A stretch of 64,000 nucleotides of DNA from Obrimoposthia wandeli. Lineage: Eukaryota. Position numbers and translations under genes: made by a program. Position 1 is the first letter of the stretch; each line of letters starts with the position of its first letter. The DNA lies in the NCBI GenBank assembly GCA_977020255.1, contig CDROCS010001688.1:186001-250000 (forward strand), read 5' to 3'. Below the pieces are notes generated by a model. That model ran no database searches and was not told the DNA's origin. It saw only the letters and a list, made by a program, of their open reading frames with translations. Positions 61,533 to 64,000 of this stretch are shown piece by piece.

Positions 61533-61883
61533 ATGGATTACGAGAACAGAATGGATACTCTTATATCACTACTCGCTCAAGCTGGGCACACCTTTAAACC
61601 TTGGTTAGGTGAAATATCGCTCACTATCGTCGCTTGTTCATTAATTATTTTTGGTTCAGATATTAATCACTTCCTACGTCGTCTTTTGTCAGGTAAAAAC
61701 ATATTCATTCGAACGAGTGCTTTTATATTAGTTAATTCATTCGGTTACGGCTTGCTTCTCATTAAGGTTTCACCTTGGTTAACCCAACAATTGAGCGCAA
61801 TGCCAAGCCAATGGATGTTTGTTTCAGTAATAACGACATTCATTGTTATTGGATTATGGGCACAAAAAACACGTCACTATTAA
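61533..61883 (+). CDS. DUF3392 family membrane protein
   Basis: EIS..IVAC.LI.FG..IN..LR, FIL.N.FGYG. Confidence 0.75.
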   Translation: MDYENRMDTLISLLAQAGHTFKPWLGEISLTIVACSLIIFGSDINHFLRRLLSGKNIFIRTSAFILVNSFGYGLLLIKVSPWLTQQLSAMPSQWMFVSVITTFIVIGLWAQKTRHY

Positions 61884-62025
61884 GCGCCATTCATCAAAAT
61901 GTGTGTTTATGTCTTAACTTGTTACCAATTATTGGTATAAACGACCATTTTATTGACCTAAAGCAGTTAAAAACAGGGCAACTTCAGTTTAAAGTACTCA
62001 CTCCTGTTCCTAAAAAAGCATAATC

Positions 62026-63132
62026 ATGACTAACATTAACCAAGAAAGATTGATCGAACATTTCATCGAGCTTATTAAGATCAACAGTGAATCCCAAAAC
62101 GAGAAAGCTATCGCTGAAACCCTTGCAGAACAACTGGGTGGCATTGGCTTCGACGTCACTAAATTACCAGTACCTGAAAATATTTCTAATGGCTTCAATA
62201 TTTACGCAACTCTACCTGGCTCGCTTGAAGGGAGTATTGCACTGAGTTGTCACATGGATACCGTTACACCAGGTAATGACATAGAACCGATTATCGTCGA
62301 TGGTATTATCAGTTCGAAGGGTGACACAATTCTTGGTGGTGATGATAAGTCAGGTATTGCCGCTATTATGGAAGCTGTTCGTTGTATCAAAGCTAACGAT
62401 GTAGCCCATAAAACGATCGAAATTGCCTTCACCGTCTATGAAGAAGGTGGTTTACACGGTTCGAAGCACTTTGACATGTCATTCGTTAAATCGACAGAAG
62501 CGATTGTACTTGATTCAGGCGGCCCTATTGGCACCATTATTACAACGGCACCGGGTCAACAGAACCTGAAGATCAATATCAAAGGTAAACCTGCCCACGC
62601 TGGTTTAGCCCCTGAAACGGGAATCAATGCCCTAACCGTAGCTGCCGATGCAATTAGCCAGATGAAGCTATCTCGTATTGATGCAGAAACAACAGCAAAC
62701 ATTGGTGTTGTTCAAGGTGGTCAAGCCACTAACATTGTAATGCCTGCTTTGTATATTGAAGCTGAAGCGCGTTCTTTGAATGATGTGAAATTAGCGAACC
62801 AAGTTGAACACATGGTTACGACATTTGAAGCGGCAGCTGAAAAGCACGGTGCACAGATCGATATCGTATCAACTCGCGCATATAACGCTTATAACATTGA
62901 TGATAACGACGTTTTTATTGATGGTATTAAAGCCGCTTTTTCAGCTAATGGTGTAGAGCCTAAAACCAATTCAACAGGTGGTGGCAGCGATGCAAATATC
63001 TTCAATGAAAAAGGCTTAAAAACAGTTAACCTTTCGACTGGTATGGCAAAAGTACATACTACTGAAGAATTTATCGCCATTGCTGATATGGTAAGCATCA
63101 CTGACTTTATGTATACCTATTTAACGCGCTAA
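62026..63132 (+). CDS. M20 peptidase T-like tripeptidase
   Basis: HMDTV.PG, ILGGDDKSG, EE.GL.G, H.G..PE.G.NA, GGSDAN, HT.EE. Confidence 0.9.
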   Translation: MTNINQERLIEHFIELIKINSESQNEKAIAETLAEQLGGIGFDVTKLPVPENISNGFNIYATLPGSLEGSIALSCHMDTVTPGNDIEPIIVDGIISSKGDTILGGDDKSGIAAIMEAVRCIKANDVAHKTIEIAFTVYEEGGLHGSKHFDMSFVKSTEAIVLDSGGPIGTIITTAPGQQNLKINIKGKPAHAGLAPETGINALTVAADAISQMKLSRIDAETTANIGVVQGGQATNIVMPALYIEAEARSLNDVKLANQVEHMVTTFEAAAEKHGAQIDIVSTRAYNAYNIDDNDVFIDGIKAAFSANGVEPKTNSTGGGSDANIFNEKGLKTVNLSTGMAKVHTTEEFIAIADMVSITDFMYTYLTR

Positions 63133-63245
63133 TTCGCCGTTAAATCTACATAAGCAAACGAGATTAATAAACCGGACAGGCTAGAATAAAACTCGGTGTC
63201 CGGTTTTTCTTTTCAATGAATATACGACTAATACATCTAATACAT

Positions 63246-63791
63246 CTAACCTTGCAACGTTTGCAGCTCGCGGTAAGAACGATGTTCAAGTTGTGTATCA
63301 TTCAACCCTAGCTTTGCCGCCAGATCGAGTAGTTCTTGCTTATATTGCGCTAACATTAATTCATCATCAGTCATGATAGCCAGTTCAGCAAAATCCCCCA
63401 GCCCTTCAAGGTGATCAACGGTTGCGTGAAATTTTCCGATAAAGTAGATGCTTCGCGTTTTCTTCAATTCTAAAACCAGATTAGAACCCATCGTTAACAG
63501 CATGCTTTTTGCTTTATCGCTATCAGAAATATCTACCGCTTCACACCGATCGGCTTCAGGGCCTTTTACAATCCACAATTTAATACCTGAAGGCTGCATA
63601 TTGCGAATACAAACACTCTTATTTTGGTCTTTTAGCGGGCTGCCTACAAAGTCAAAATAACAATCATGTTCAAGGTTATCTTCCAACATAACCTCTGGGT
63701 TCATGGCCTGTAAATAAGCTAAGAACTGATTTTTTGATGTTAATCGGTATTTTAGCTCGACTTCGTATTTGCCTTTAAAGTGTTCTGTCAT
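63246..63791 (-). CDS. cyaB: CYTH-domain class IV adenylate cyclase-like protein
   Basis: EVELKY, D.YFD, .K.R..Y, D....LG.FAE, RSY motifs. Confidence 0.8.
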   Translation of the reverse strand: MTEHFKGKYEVELKYRLTSKNQFLAYLQAMNPEVMLEDNLEHDCYFDFVGSPLKDQNKSVCIRNMQPSGIKLWIVKGPEADRCEAVDISDSDKAKSMLLTMGSNLVLELKKTRSIYFIGKFHATVDHLEGLGDFAELAIMTDDELMLAQYKQELLDLAAKLGLNDTQLEHRSYRELQTLQG

Positions 63792-64000
63792 GCTGCGATC
63801 CATTGAAAATAACATTAGTAATATGGCGCGACGATTATAGCCTGAAATCTGATTTATAACGTAAAGCCAAATTGTGATACACGATATTACATCAGGACAT
63901 GATTAAAACTATATAGTGAATGGCTCTTTGTGTATTATCAGCAACTTTATATTTAAAGGATTAATATAATGAAAGCCCTTATGGCTCTGTTTTTATTAGG

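Noticed and set aside
63229-63250. CTAATACAT micro-duplication and similar 9-14 nt pairs near 14070-14135
   Set aside because: Two-copy slippage repeats with no evident function.
1785-63660. Many 60-125 aa ORFs antisense to or overlapping long genes (e.g. 1785-2051, 4104-4391, 11441-11815, 17500-17877, 46917-47288)
   Set aside because: Shadow frames of well-supported genes, with no motifs and no convincing SD.

Overview
AT-rich gammaproteobacterial chromosome segment. The gene content (RavA/ViaA, VC0807-family protein, GlyGly-CTERM protease, SgrR, NhaD, DUF3392) points to Vibrionaceae, probably Photobacterium (inference). It holds about 55 mostly ordinary housekeeping, transport and signalling genes. 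I saw no rRNA, tRNA, CRISPR array, prophage or intact transposase. The notable elements are not in the ORF track. (1) A decayed ~1.9 kb group II intron (33632-35526, minus) is inserted exactly in the T-tract of a GNRA-loop intrinsic terminator. (2) An ERIC-like MITE family has two 266-bp copies showing compensatory base changes, plus four solo ends. (3) An SgrT small protein and SgrS-like sRNA lie divergent from sgrR, with a seed complementary to the ptsG ribosome-binding site. (4) A prokaryotic iGluR-like (GluR0-topology) channel has a non-canonical pore filter and is divergent from nfeD-slipin. (5) There are three further small ORFs (34, 37 and 56 aa), one flanked by two perfect FNR boxes. 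(6) A possible IS1111-type non-coding end is present. All protein assignments come from motif recognition by eye; no database searches were run.
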